From assembly GCA_963662795.1 (NCBI GenBank), contig OY759746.1:320001-384000 (forward strand): DNA of 64,000 nt, given 5' to 3'. Both the position numbers and the translations under genes were made by a program. The notes beneath the pieces are model-generated. The model saw only the letters and a program-made list of their open reading frames with translations, ran no database searches and was not told where the DNA came from. Below are positions 50,600 through 60,986 of the stretch, one piece after another (the first letter of the stretch is position 1; each line of letters opens with the position of its first letter). The stretch comes from Spirochaetia bacterium. GTDB taxonomy: Bacteria; Spirochaetota; Spirochaetia; CADAEX01.

Positions 50600-51496
50600 A
50601 TGCTTAGTCAGAATGATCGTTCAGCGCTCGCCAACAGGGTCATAATTTCCGGTTCAATCATAAATCTCATCTTAATGATTTTCAAGCTTTACGCCGGTAT
50701 AATCGGAAGAAGTTCAGCAATGATCGCGGACGCTGTACACTCGATGTCGGATTTTGTAACTGACATTGTTGTGCTTGCAAGCTTCTGGATTACAAAAAAA
50801 CCTGAAGATAAAACACATGATTACGGTCACGGCAAATTTGAAACCCTTGCTACCCTGATTGTTGGGATCGCGTTATTCACTGTCGCGTCAGGTATCGGCT
50901 ACAATGGACTTATAAATGTAATTGATTTCATCAGCGGCAGAAAAATTGAAAAACCCGGAGTACCCGCACTGATAGCTGCGGTTATTTCGATTATTACAAA
51001 GGAACTGCTTTACAGGTGGACTTTCAATACCGGGGTGAAAATCAACAGTCAGGCAGTTATAGCCAACGCCTGGCATCATCGGTCAGACGCGTTTTCCTCA
51101 ATAGGAACATGCATTGGCATATCAGGCGCGATTTTATTAGGCGAAAAATGGCATATCCTTGATCCGGTAGCGGGTATAATTGTTTCATTTTTTATACTGA
51201 AAGTAGCAGTTGAAATATTTTTAAAAAGTATTAATGAACTTCTGGAATGCTCACTGAGTGAAAAAGAAAAGCAGGAGATTTTAAATTTGATTAAAAGTGT
51301 CAGGCACGCGCATGACCCGCATAAATTGAAAACGAGAAGGATTGGCAATAATATTTCTCTGGATTTTCACATCAGGATAGATCCTGACATGAAAATTACA
51401 GAGGGCCATGAAATAGCGACAATTATAGAAAATACCATAAGAGAAAAGTACGGGTCAGGCACTTTTATATCAATTCATATTGAACCCGGCAGGTGA
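50600..51496 (+). CDS. Cation diffusion facilitator (CDF) family metal exporter
   Basis: ADAVHSMSD, HDYGHGKFE, NAWHHRSD and IHIEP motifs. Confidence 0.93.
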   Translation: MLSQNDRSALANRVIISGSIINLILMIFKLYAGIIGRSSAMIADAVHSMSDFVTDIVVLASFWITKKPEDKTHDYGHGKFETLATLIVGIALFTVASGIGYNGLINVIDFISGRKIEKPGVPALIAAVISIITKELLYRWTFNTGVKINSQAVIANAWHHRSDAFSSIGTCIGISGAILLGEKWHILDPVAGIIVSFFILKVAVEIFLKSINELLECSLSEKEKQEILNLIKSVRHAHDPHKLKTRRIGNNISLDFHIRIDPDMKITEGHEIATIIENTIREKYGSGTFISIHIEPGR

Positions 51497-51576
51497 ATGT
51501 ATACACTCTCTTTATGATTGATCCCCTGCGGCTTTATACCGCGAAATTCTGCAATTACTCGGCCGGCGGAATACCT

Positions 51577-52362
51577 CTATGCCAGGCCGGACAATGCAAT
51601 TCCAATTCCATAAGCCGCGCCTGCTGCCAGGCCGCCGACTATGAGCATCTCAAAGCCTGATTTGATCCAGTTTTGCCCGGTAAAAAATGTCTTTATAGCG
51701 CCAAGCGTAAACAGTGTTACACCTGTCAGTGCAGTTGCGACAGGAAACCCGAGTTCCGGGTTCACAGGAAAGATACGGGACGCTAAAAAAGACAGGAGGG
51801 GGACAACTCCAAAAAGCGCGAAAGCGAAAAAGGTCGCAAGGGCATTTTTAAGGGGAGAGCCCTCTTCCTTTACAATACCCAGCTCCTCTGCCATCATTAT
51901 ATTTACCCATGCATCCTGATGCTTTGAGATTATTTCGGTAACAGCGTGCGCATCTGCTTCACTCATACCCAGTTCAGTATATATTTCCTCAAGTTCCTTT
52001 TTTTCACCTTCAGGATAATTCTCAACTTCCCATTTTTCCCGTTCATATTCCGCCCGGTTGTAATCCCGTTCAGCTTTCGAACTCAGGAAATCGCCTATAG
52101 CCATGGATAATCCGTCGCCTATAAGGTTGGCGAACCCGAGAATCAATACTATTCCGGCTGAAAGTGACGCACCTGCGACCCCGGCCACTACGGCGAAGGT
52201 TGTAATAATTCCGTCAAGTCCGCCGTAAACTACACTCTTTATATATTTACCCTGTTCTGTTGTATGCAGTTCAGTGGCTGAAGCCTGATGTGCATTAATA
52301 CTTGCTTCCTTGCTCTTGTTTTTATAGGCTTCTTTTGCCTTTTCAAGGTCCCTGCTCAGCAT
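51577..52362 (-). CDS. VIT1/CCC1 family Fe/Mn transporter
   Basis: VYGGLDGIITTFAVVAG, GDGLSMAIG and EREKWE motifs. Confidence 0.92.
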   Translation of the reverse strand: MLSRDLEKAKEAYKNKSKEASINAHQASATELHTTEQGKYIKSVVYGGLDGIITTFAVVAGVAGASLSAGIVLILGFANLIGDGLSMAIGDFLSSKAERDYNRAEYEREKWEVENYPEGEKKELEEIYTELGMSEADAHAVTEIISKHQDAWVNIMMAEELGIVKEEGSPLKNALATFFAFALFGVVPLLSFLASRIFPVNPELGFPVATALTGVTLFTLGAIKTFFTGQNWIKSGFEMLIVGGLAAGAAYGIGIALSGLA

Positions 52363-52522
52363 AATCCACTCCTGATCAAGACTTTACCCTTTATAAAGAA
52401 TTATGCCAATGGATATGTTTATGCCGGGAGGACAGTTTCCGCATGGTAAATCATGTACAGCTGCCGCATCAGATTACATACCACGGCTGAGATCTGTATT
52501 CAAATCTCAGCATTCTTTCAGT

Positions 52523-54019
52523 TTACAGTTTCATTGCACCAAGCAGTTCATCCAGATTTACTGAGGCAAAACTCGAAGAATAGTCGCTCATCGCATAAGG
52601 GATGATGAGCTCAGATCCGTGAAGAATTGCCCCGCAGGTGTAGACAACATTTGGAACATAGCCTTCCCGCTCGGATTCGTTAGGCTCTATAAGCGGCTCC
52701 TTCAGACGTCCAATAACTTTTGAAGGATCTTTAAGATCCAGAAGAAAAGCGCCAAGGCAGTATCTGCGCATCGCACCTACTCCGTGGCTTAATACCAGCC
52801 AGCCTTTGTCTGTCTCGATAGGAGATCCGCATGTGCCGATTTTTATCATTTCCCAGGGCTGCTGCGGCTTCAGAAGAAGTTTCGGCTGCTGCCAGAAATG
52901 GATATTATCCGAATACATCAGGAGTATGTTTTCATCATCCTGCCTCGAGAGCATTGCGTACTTCCCGTTTATTTTACGGGGAAACAGCGCCATTCCCTTA
53001 TTCTGAACAGCAGGGCCGTTTAGTGTAATAAACTTGAAATTAATAAAATCCTTTGTCTCAAGCAGCTGAGGCAGGGTAATTTTCCCGTCATAAGCTGTAT
53101 AAGTAGCATAATAAGTAAAGCTGCCGCCGCTCTCCTGAAATTTGACAAATCTTGCATCTTCAATACCGTTGCTCTGGCTTGACATTGAAGGGAAAAGAAT
53201 ACGCTGGGAAACATGGGTACCGGGATCAAAATTAACCTCAAAATTGGACTCTGCAAGAAGAAGAATACCCTGGACAGCCCTGTCCGCCATAATATCAACC
53301 TGGCTCATTTTTTTTCTCTCATCATCAAGTATCCTGCGAAGATCTGAAAGAGAAAACTCCCCGGGAAGGTTTCCAGCCGTACGTCTGCAGAAATTACTGT
53401 GAAGACCCGCCTCCTGCAGTTTGCGTGTAAACAGCTCCTTCTCAAAAACCGTATCTACAACACCTTCAGGCTCTGCAATAAAAGGCACATGGGGAGAAAG
53501 GATAATACGGTGCTGCGCATTCACAGTACCTGTTCTGAAAGTTATGGATGAGATATGCCCTTCCCCTACGGCCCTTAAGCTTAAAATAAAACGGACTGAC
53601 TCCGGAGGAAGATTGCTCTGGTCAGGATGCGCCACAATTGAAGGATTGAAAAGGGCCGCGGCTTCCGGTGAATACTCGTGTGTAAAATATGCTCCGATAA
53701 GAGCTTTTTTCACATCTGACGGATCTCCTGCCTTACCCATGTATTTCAGTTTTACCTGCAGATATCGGTTATCCAGAGTATTTTCAACATTCTCATGACG
53801 TCCGCAGAAATCACCCAGGACCTCTTTAAGAAGGACTGCGGCTTCTGCTTCGGGAAGCCCCATTACATACTCAATTATTCGGGAAGCTATATCCTTCCGT
53901 ACCGGAAAAAAAGGACGCATAAGCACCCTTGTGATATCAGGATTAATTGTAGGCCCGATACGTTTGGCATGCAGATTTTTCTGAGTTGAATAATTATCAT
54001 TTTCTTTTTTTATTTTCAT
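52523..54019 (-). CDS. Glycoside hydrolase family 130-like protein
   Basis: AALFNPS, GIEDARF, YTAYDG, NKGMALFP and REGYVPNVVYTCG motifs. Confidence 0.85.
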   Translation of the reverse strand: MKIKKENDNYSTQKNLHAKRIGPTINPDITRVLMRPFFPVRKDIASRIIEYVMGLPEAEAAVLLKEVLGDFCGRHENVENTLDNRYLQVKLKYMGKAGDPSDVKKALIGAYFTHEYSPEAAALFNPSIVAHPDQSNLPPESVRFILSLRAVGEGHISSITFRTGTVNAQHRIILSPHVPFIAEPEGVVDTVFEKELFTRKLQEAGLHSNFCRRTAGNLPGEFSLSDLRRILDDERKKMSQVDIMADRAVQGILLLAESNFEVNFDPGTHVSQRILFPSMSSQSNGIEDARFVKFQESGGSFTYYATYTAYDGKITLPQLLETKDFINFKFITLNGPAVQNKGMALFPRKINGKYAMLSRQDDENILLMYSDNIHFWQQPKLLLKPQQPWEMIKIGTCGSPIETDKGWLVLSHGVGAMRRYCLGAFLLDLKDPSKVIGRLKEPLIEPNESEREGYVPNVVYTCGAILHGSELIIPYAMSDYSSSFASVNLDELLGAMKL

Positions 54020-56304
54020 ATTAACTCTCCCGGAAACTCCTTAAAACTGGTAAGTGTACTTTGAAGTTTCTGCATTTCAACCAGTGAAAGCAGAAAAGCA
54101 AGTGTTGATTCAGCACCCTGATTCTGACTGACCCTGTCTACATGCAGGCCGTCGCGGCAGCCTCCTGTAATTGAGTCATAAATCAAAAGCCCCAGATCAT
54201 TCCGTCCGAGAAACCATTCAAATGCCCTTACCGCCTCAAATGTCCAGAAAACATCTCCTGTTGTTGTATATGCTTCTATGCAGGCGGAAATTGTTGCCTG
54301 GGCCTCAATCGGCTGCTGATCGTAGAGTGCGCGCACTTTGTCCCGGCTGTAAAAACCGTTCGACCCGACAGGCCTGAAAGCTCCGCTTTCGGAAGTCTGA
54401 ACCTTAACAAGCCACCTGAGTGTCTTAAGCCCGGTTTCAAGTATTTTTTTATTATTCATTTTTCTTCCGCTCAGAATCAGCGCATGGGATAATTTAGCAT
54501 TTGCATACGTAACTGTATCCTCAAACCACTGCCAGTCTTCAGATGAAGCATCCGCATAACGCTGCATCAGCTTCTCCGCGAGTATTTCACGGATCTGTCC
54601 CGCACGCCGGTCGCCGCTTAATCTTTCAAGATATTCACTGATGCCTATAAGGGTAAAAGCCCATGCGCGGGGAGACGTAAACTCAGTAACACCCGGAAGC
54701 GCCTGTTCAAAAAGCTCTGCGGCTAGCATCTGAAAGCCCCCTTTTCCCGCATGCCCTACGCAGTAGCCCAGCGCCCACAAAGCCTGTCCGCTGCAGTCCT
54801 CGGAACCTTCATCTTCAAGCCACTTACGGTCAAAACTCATGAAATTTCGGAAACGGCGTGATTTTCGGTCAAATGCATAATTTAAAAATGCCGCATAGGT
54901 TTTAGATAATTCATCTATCCTGGCTGAGCTTTTTCCTGACTGCTGTATCATCAGGGTCAGCAGAAGAGCACGGGCGTTATCATCTGTGCAGTAACCTTCT
55001 GTAAAGTTTGGCACTGTATAGTTTGCGTGCTGGAATATTCCGGTAGAATCACTCATGTTAAAAAGGTGCTGAGGTCTTAAAAGAGGAAGCTGCCCGGGCT
55101 GTTCATCAAGAGTCTTGATGGGAGATGAGTTTCTCCCCACAAAACTATGATCCTGCCCTGCCTGGTGAAAAGATTTCATATAAAGCCGGGCGATACGGGA
55201 CCAGACCATCTCCCGTCCCAGCTGATAGGCATTTTTACGCATCAGATGACGCATCGGCTCGTTTTTAAGCAGTTCTATCACAGCTTCCGTTACTGCCTTT
55301 GAATCACGGAATGGAATAAGCCTGCCCCGGTCTTCTGCAAGCAGTTCCGCCGCATGCCAGTACGGAGTTGATATTACCGCATTGCCTGAACCGAAGGCAT
55401 AGGCAAGTGTCCCTGATGTTATCTGGCTTTCTGTAAGATAGGGTGTAATATAAATATCTGCAGCACCGATAAATCTCATAAGTTCGGCAATCTCAAGGAA
55501 ACGGTTAAAAAATACCACGTGCTTCTGAACTCCAAGATCCTTAGCCAGGCGCTCAAGGCTTAACCTGTAAAGCTCACCTTCATTTCTAAGGAGATTGGGG
55601 TGGGTCTGCCCTACAACTATAAAAACAAAGTCAGGGAATTCAGAGATAATTTCAGGCAGCGCATTAAGAACATACTCAATACCCTTGTTGGGAGATAAAA
55701 GACCGAAGGTAAGTAAAACATGCTTGCCGGCAACCCCAAACTCATCTTTATAGAAGTTGGGGTCCGAAAAAGGCATATCAGGTATTCCATGGGGGATCAG
55801 ATCAATCTTTTCAGGCGGCACTTTATAGATATCAAGAAGAAAATCCCTGCCCTTTTCAGTCATAACGGCAAGCCTTGTGGAAAGCCTGATAAGTTCCCGC
55901 ATTACACGCCTTTGATCAGCATCAGGTTCCCGCAGTATTGTATGAAGTGTTGTTACTACAGGCATACGAAGCTCGTGCATAAGGGCAAGCAGATAACTGC
56001 CATCTTTCCCGCCGAATATCCCGAACTCGTGCTCAACACACAGCACATCAACATCCGTGATATTGAGAAAATCCGCGGCCCTGAGATAGGATGGCAGGTC
56101 CTGTTCTTCAATCTCGAACCTTACTTCCGGCGGGTAATCATACCCTTCCCTGATATCGTTGACAGGTACAACCGGGCACTGTATGGATGGAAATTCTTTA
56201 GCCACAGCTGTCCGTAAATCCGTAGTGAATGTAGCAATTCCGCATTTCCTGGGTAAATAATCTCCCAGAAAAGCTATTTTTTTGATATTTGATGGTTTTT
56301 GCAT
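54016..56304 (-). CDS. GT4 glycosyltransferase fused to a C-terminal helical glycosidase-like domain
   Basis: PRKCGIATFT, HEFGIFGG, FGLLSPNKGIE and QITSGTL; C-terminal GYCTDDNARAL, DQQPIEA and NQGAESTL. Confidence 0.87.
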   Translation of the reverse strand: MQKPSNIKKIAFLGDYLPRKCGIATFTTDLRTAVAKEFPSIQCPVVPVNDIREGYDYPPEVRFEIEEQDLPSYLRAADFLNITDVDVLCVEHEFGIFGGKDGSYLLALMHELRMPVVTTLHTILREPDADQRRVMRELIRLSTRLAVMTEKGRDFLLDIYKVPPEKIDLIPHGIPDMPFSDPNFYKDEFGVAGKHVLLTFGLLSPNKGIEYVLNALPEIISEFPDFVFIVVGQTHPNLLRNEGELYRLSLERLAKDLGVQKHVVFFNRFLEIAELMRFIGAADIYITPYLTESQITSGTLAYAFGSGNAVISTPYWHAAELLAEDRGRLIPFRDSKAVTEAVIELLKNEPMRHLMRKNAYQLGREMVWSRIARLYMKSFHQAGQDHSFVGRNSSPIKTLDEQPGQLPLLRPQHLFNMSDSTGIFQHANYTVPNFTEGYCTDDNARALLLTLMIQQSGKSSARIDELSKTYAAFLNYAFDRKSRRFRNFMSFDRKWLEDEGSEDCSGQALWALGYCVGHAGKGGFQMLAAELFEQALPGVTEFTSPRAWAFTLIGISEYLERLSGDRRAGQIREILAEKLMQRYADASSEDWQWFEDTVTYANAKLSHALILSGRKMNNKKILETGLKTLRWLVKVQTSESGAFRPVGSNGFYSRDKVRALYDQQPIEAQATISACIEAYTTTGDVFWTFEAVRAFEWFLGRNDLGLLIYDSITGGCRDGLHVDRVSQNQGAESTLAFLLSLVEMQKLQSTLTSFKEFPGELI

Positions 56305-56529
56305 TAAATGTTTTTTCCCCGCAGGTCAGTTTCCCTGCTGTTTCTTCGATTTGATTAGCCAAGCGGCTGATTGCAGAAAAAACCATTTACCGCTTTAAAG
56401 ACGGTAATAGTCATATCTTGATATTGAGTTGAAAAGCTTCCGCCTGCTTCCTGTTTGTTACGTGTTTATAAAAATCAGAATGGTTTTATGTATTACAATT
56501 GTTAAATTTATTTACCGGTAACAGCTTTA

Positions 56530-56558
56530 ATTGTAGTCCTGAGGCAGTTTAATGTCAA
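56530..56558 (-). promoter_or_regulatory. Sigma70-type promoter of the GT4-GH130 operon
   Basis: TTGACA-17 bp-TACAAT on the minus strand. Confidence 0.65.
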
Positions 56559-56717
56559 TCAGCAGGGTAATACAGAAAATTGTCTGGAAACAGAGAATAA
56601 TGTATACGGAGGAAAAAATTATTAAAATTAAACAGGATATTTAAAATAGAAAGTGTTATAGTTATAATAAGCATACATAATTCAATCATTAATATAAACA
56701 AATAAGAGAGAGAAATA

Positions 56718-58658
56718 ATGGACAATAAAGAGAGCTTTATACATTCTTCAGAATATGCGGAGTGTATTATCGAAACAATCCGCGAACCATTGATTGTCCT
56801 TGATCATGACTTAAGAGTTATTTCGGCTAACCGCTCATTTTTTAGTTTTTTCAAAGTGACACCTGAAGAGACTATAGGGCAGGAAATCTATAATCTGGGA
56901 AATAATCAATGGGATATTCCAAAACTGCGTGAACTGCTGGAAGCTATCCTGCCTCAACAAACAATCTTTAATGATTACAGGGTTGAACACTATTTTAATA
57001 CAATCGGCCGGCGCATCATGCTGTTAAACGCCCGGCAGATTGATCATATGAAGGGAATGGAGAAAATCATACTCCTTGCATTCGAGGACATTACTGTCAA
57101 GGAGCTAATCCAGCTTGATCTTGAGGATTCTGAAGAACGGTTCAGACGGTTATTTGAAACAGCCAAAGACGGCCTTCTTCTTGTGGAAAAGAAGAAAGGT
57201 TATATTGTTAATGCCAATTCTGCTGTCTGCAAAATGCTCGGTTATACACAGGAAGAAATCATCGGAAAAGCACTTCAGGATTTTAATTTTTCAATAAACC
57301 TTGGCGATATTGACAGTATTTTGGAGAATTTAATTATTACCGGCCTTGTATCCCATGATGACATCCTGGTTAAGGATAAACAGGGATCTAACGTAGGAAT
57401 TGATCTGCAGCTGATTGACAGGGCAAGATTTATTCAATGCAACTTCAGGGACATAACTGAACGCAAGACTGCGGATATAGAAAAAGGAATCCTGAGAGAT
57501 CAGCTCAACCAGGCACAGCGGATGGAAACCATCGGGACTTTGGCCGGAGGGATTGCCCACGATTTAAACAATATTCTCTCTATCATTTTCGGCAACGCTG
57601 AACTGGCGCTTGATATTATTTCATCTGAAAATCCAGTCAGAGAAAATATTGAAGAGATTCTTGAAGCTTCCAGCCGGGCAAAAGACCTTGTCAGGCAGAT
57701 ACTGACTTTCAGCCGGAAAGAGAAAACAAAGCATAATCCAATACATCTCCAGCCTCTCATAAAAGAAACACTTAAACTTCTCCGTTCCACAACGCCGAAT
57801 TCCATATCAATAATTCAGGACATATCAAAAGACTGCGGAGCAGTCATGACAGATATAACCCAATTCCATCAGATAATAATGAACCTCTTCAGAAATGCTG
57901 TTCAGGCCCTGAACGGGAATGGTGAGGTGAAAGTAAGTTTGAAAGAAGTAAATTTAAGCAGCGAAGATTTGACTTATTTTTCAATAATGACTCCCCGTTC
58001 AATAAAAAGAACGGGCGCATTCGCCAGGTTATCAGTGGCAGATAACGGCACCGGAATTGATCCGGCAATAATAGAAAGAGTTTTTGAGCCTTTTTTTACA
58101 ACCAAGCAAACAGGTGAAGGTACAGGCATGGGTCTTTCTGTTGTTCATGGTATTGTCAAAAGCCAGGATGGATTTATAACGATTGAAAGTGAAGATGGTA
58201 AAGGCACTAATTTCAGTGTTTATCTGCCGATAACGCAGATGGAAGAAATTCTTAACGATGAAGAAAAAAGCCATAATGCGATCGGCACGGAGCATATACT
58301 TCTGGTTGATGATGAAGAAAGTATACTTATCATGGCTAAACAGATGCTGGAAGGAATGGGGTATAATGTTATAAGTGAAAACAGCAGCAATAAAGCTCTT
58401 GAGACTTTCAAATCTAACCCTTCCCTTCTTGATCTTATAATTACCGACCAGTCTATGCCCAACATGTCCGGCTCTGATCTTATTGCCGAGATATTGAAAA
58501 TAAGGCCGGATATGCCGAATATTCTCTGCAGCGGATACAACATTAAAATATCAGAAAGTGATATTGAAGATAAGAGAAACATTATGTATCTAAGTAAACC
58601 ATACAGCAAAAAGTTATTGACCTGGACTGTCAGGGAAATACTGGACAGGAAAAAATAA
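56718..58658 (+). CDS. Hybrid PAS-PAS histidine kinase/response regulator
   Basis: Two PAS-like segments, H-box LAGGIAHDLNN, DNGTG, FEPFFTTK, GTGMGL, receiver LLVDDE...TDQSMP. Confidence 0.94.
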   Translation: MDNKESFIHSSEYAECIIETIREPLIVLDHDLRVISANRSFFSFFKVTPEETIGQEIYNLGNNQWDIPKLRELLEAILPQQTIFNDYRVEHYFNTIGRRIMLLNARQIDHMKGMEKIILLAFEDITVKELIQLDLEDSEERFRRLFETAKDGLLLVEKKKGYIVNANSAVCKMLGYTQEEIIGKALQDFNFSINLGDIDSILENLIITGLVSHDDILVKDKQGSNVGIDLQLIDRARFIQCNFRDITERKTADIEKGILRDQLNQAQRMETIGTLAGGIAHDLNNILSIIFGNAELALDIISSENPVRENIEEILEASSRAKDLVRQILTFSRKEKTKHNPIHLQPLIKETLKLLRSTTPNSISIIQDISKDCGAVMTDITQFHQIIMNLFRNAVQALNGNGEVKVSLKEVNLSSEDLTYFSIMTPRSIKRTGAFARLSVADNGTGIDPAIIERVFEPFFTTKQTGEGTGMGLSVVHGIVKSQDGFITIESEDGKGTNFSVYLPITQMEEILNDEEKSHNAIGTEHILLVDDEESILIMAKQMLEGMGYNVISENSSNKALETFKSNPSLLDLIITDQSMPNMSGSDLIAEILKIRPDMPNILCSGYNIKISESDIEDKRNIMYLSKPYSKKLLTWTVREILDRKK

Positions 58659-58775
58659 TAATCCAAATGGGATTCCTGCTTAAGGGAGGATAATTCTACC
58701 AGGAATAAGGAAATAGTTGCTGTTCGATTTCTTTATGAAAAACATGAATGGTAAAGACTCCAACTCCATTTTTTT

Positions 58776-59432
58776 CTAAACAAAAGGCATTGCAAAAAGA
58801 TTTTTACGGGACAGACCGTTCTTTTTTGCCTGCTTCCTCCAGCCGAATTCCCCTGCCAGCCTGAAGAAAAGCCAGGGCAGCCTGTGCTGTGTATAAATAT
58901 TTTTTTCAAGTTTACCATCCGGTTTAACTATAGCTTCCGCTATCACACCCAGCGTGGTAAATAAGGGCCTGCGTATACCGGCTTGTGCCGGAACATTCTT
59001 AATTTCCCGTATCATCTCTCCAGTACCGATTCCGGCGCCGCCGCACCATACAAGCCCGGAGGATATGCAGAAATGCTCCATAATTTTCAAAGCTGTTTCA
59101 TTCTGAATGCCTTCGTAAAATCCGCAGTTGCAGACAGCAAAAACTCTCTGATTCCTGTTTTTCTGCAAAAGATACCCTTTCTTATATTCCTCAAGAAAAC
59201 GCATCAGCGAAGCCGGAATGCTGTCGATATAAAGGGGAAAAGCAATAAGCAGAACATCACAGCTGTAAAGCTCCTGATTCAATTCACTGCCGGATATATT
59301 CTTCTGCTCACGGATCTGCGATACACTCTTCCATCCAGTCTCTGCAGGGAGATAATTTTTTATGATAGATAATATTTCATTTGAATTAGATTTAATCCCT
59401 TTGGGACTTCCATTGACAGCCGCGATTTTCAT
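58776..59432 (-). CDS. Flavodoxin-like fold NAD(P)H-dependent oxidoreductase
   Basis: NGSPKGIKSNS, FPLYIDSIP and CGFYEG motifs. Confidence 0.8.
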   Translation of the reverse strand: MKIAAVNGSPKGIKSNSNEILSIIKNYLPAETGWKSVSQIREQKNISGSELNQELYSCDVLLIAFPLYIDSIPASLMRFLEEYKKGYLLQKNRNQRVFAVCNCGFYEGIQNETALKIMEHFCISSGLVWCGGAGIGTGEMIREIKNVPAQAGIRRPLFTTLGVIAEAIVKPDGKLEKNIYTQHRLPWLFFRLAGEFGWRKQAKKNGLSRKNLFAMPFV

Positions 59433-59986
59433 TTACTTACCCCTGTTTCAAACCATCCTGTGAATTCTGTTATATTTTCATTATTTTGAATTATATAGGA
59501 ATTTTTCAATTTTCTTTTTCCCAGATTATCGCTGAAAGAATCAATAAATTTTTTATATGTGCCTGTCTCATCATCACTGTCAGCGCCATAACCGACAGAA
59601 AGAAGAACCGGCATTGTTTTGTATCTCAGCCTGTGGTGCATCTCTCCGTTGAACCTGCGAAAGTATGGATGAAGCAGCGGCGGAAGACGGTCTATATAAA
59701 ATTTGATACTTGTGCTGAATCCTCCCCATGTTATACGGCTTATAACAAGTAAATAATCAGCATCAAAGACCTGACGCAGATATTCATCTCCGCGGTCCTG
59801 TTTATAAATACAGATGCCGGGCGTTTTAATCCAGCAACCAAAACACCCGATGCAGGGTTTCAGCTCTTCACCGGAGACATCAAAAGTTTCAAAAACCAGA
59901 CCTGACGCGGTGCAGACCTTATATACAGCACTGTAACAGGCACAGGCTTCGGCTTCAGATGAATCATACAGAATCACAATTTTCAT
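59429..59986 (-). CDS. Flavodoxin family / iron-sulfur flavoprotein-like protein
   Basis: CIGCFGCWIKTPGIC motif; coupled to the downstream gene. Confidence 0.8.
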   Translation of the reverse strand: MKIVILYDSSEAEACACYSAVYKVCTASGLVFETFDVSGEELKPCIGCFGCWIKTPGICIYKQDRGDEYLRQVFDADYLLVISRITWGGFSTSIKFYIDRLPPLLHPYFRRFNGEMHHRLRYKTMPVLLSVGYGADSDDETGTYKKFIDSFSDNLGKRKLKNSYIIQNNENITEFTGWFETGVSK

Positions 59987-60015
59987 TTTGGCTCCTTTTC
60001 TTTAATTTCAGGCAA

Positions 60016-60077
60016 TTTATGTTTACAGTGTCAACATAAATAAAACATACAGCAAGATGTTACAGTGTCAACATAAA
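60016..60077. promoter_or_regulatory. Two TetR operator palindromes in the divergent promoter region
   Basis: TTTATGTTTACAGTGTCAACATAAA (60016-60040) and ATGTTACAGTGTCAACATAAA (60057-60077). Confidence 0.8.
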
Positions 60078-60093
60078 ATGATATTATTTTTTC

Positions 60094-60711
60094 ATGACAG
60101 AAACATATCATCATGGAAACCTGCGTAAAGAGCTTATTAATTCAGGATTAAAGATGCTAAACCGCAGCGGTATAGCATCTTTTTCACTGCGGAAGCTGTC
60201 TACTGAACTCGGAGTAAGCCATACAGCGGCATACCGCCATTTTAAAGACAGGGAGGAACTGCTGAAAGCAATACTGATAGAATCATCGCTGATGTTTCAA
60301 AAGGCTCTCGAATCTTCAGTCAAACCCGGTACGGAAGGAGAAGAAGCTCTTATGCAGCTGGGCTCCGGCTATATCCATTTTTTTCTTGATAATCCGGAAA
60401 TTCTGCATCTTTTTGCCATGATGCCATCTGAGCAGAACCTTTTAATATCAATACTCAAAGATACAGACAGAAGTCACTTAAACAGTGATTTAGAAACCCT
60501 GTCAAGACACAGGTCTTTCGGAATATTCAGGGAGACAGTTTCTGCGGCAAAAAAAAATAAACTGTACACAGGACTTTCTGAGCAGGAAATACTGCTTGGC
60601 TTCTGGAGCAAGGTGCACGGGATAACCACAATTCTTATAACACAGAAAAACTTTATTCCGGCTGATAAACTTGATGAGGTAATCGAGAGGGTTCTCCGCA
60701 CACCGTTTTAG
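60094..60711 (+). CDS. TetR/AcrR family transcriptional regulator
   Basis: YHHGNLR, SLRKLSTELGVSHTAAYRHF and C-terminal WSKVHG motifs. Confidence 0.93.
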   Translation: MTETYHHGNLRKELINSGLKMLNRSGIASFSLRKLSTELGVSHTAAYRHFKDREELLKAILIESSLMFQKALESSVKPGTEGEEALMQLGSGYIHFFLDNPEILHLFAMMPSEQNLLISILKDTDRSHLNSDLETLSRHRSFGIFRETVSAAKKNKLYTGLSEQEILLGFWSKVHGITTILITQKNFIPADKLDEVIERVLRTPF

Positions 60712-60986
60712 CAGCATTTTACATACCGGCTTAAAGTTGCCTTGAAGAAAAATTGTCAGTATTTATAAAAAATATTCTGCAGATGAAGGAGAATACAGAA
60801 AAAGGTCTGTGTCTTGAGTTGTCCTCCATACCAAAGGTTTGGTTATGATTTTTTATTTAAACTTTTAATCCACTTTTGACTGTTTCTTTATATAGTTTGA
60901 TGATGTTGTCTATATTGAAGACATAGTTATCCCGGAGTAGTATTTATTTTTATAATTTTAATCATTGCCTCAGGCGAGGGCAGATA

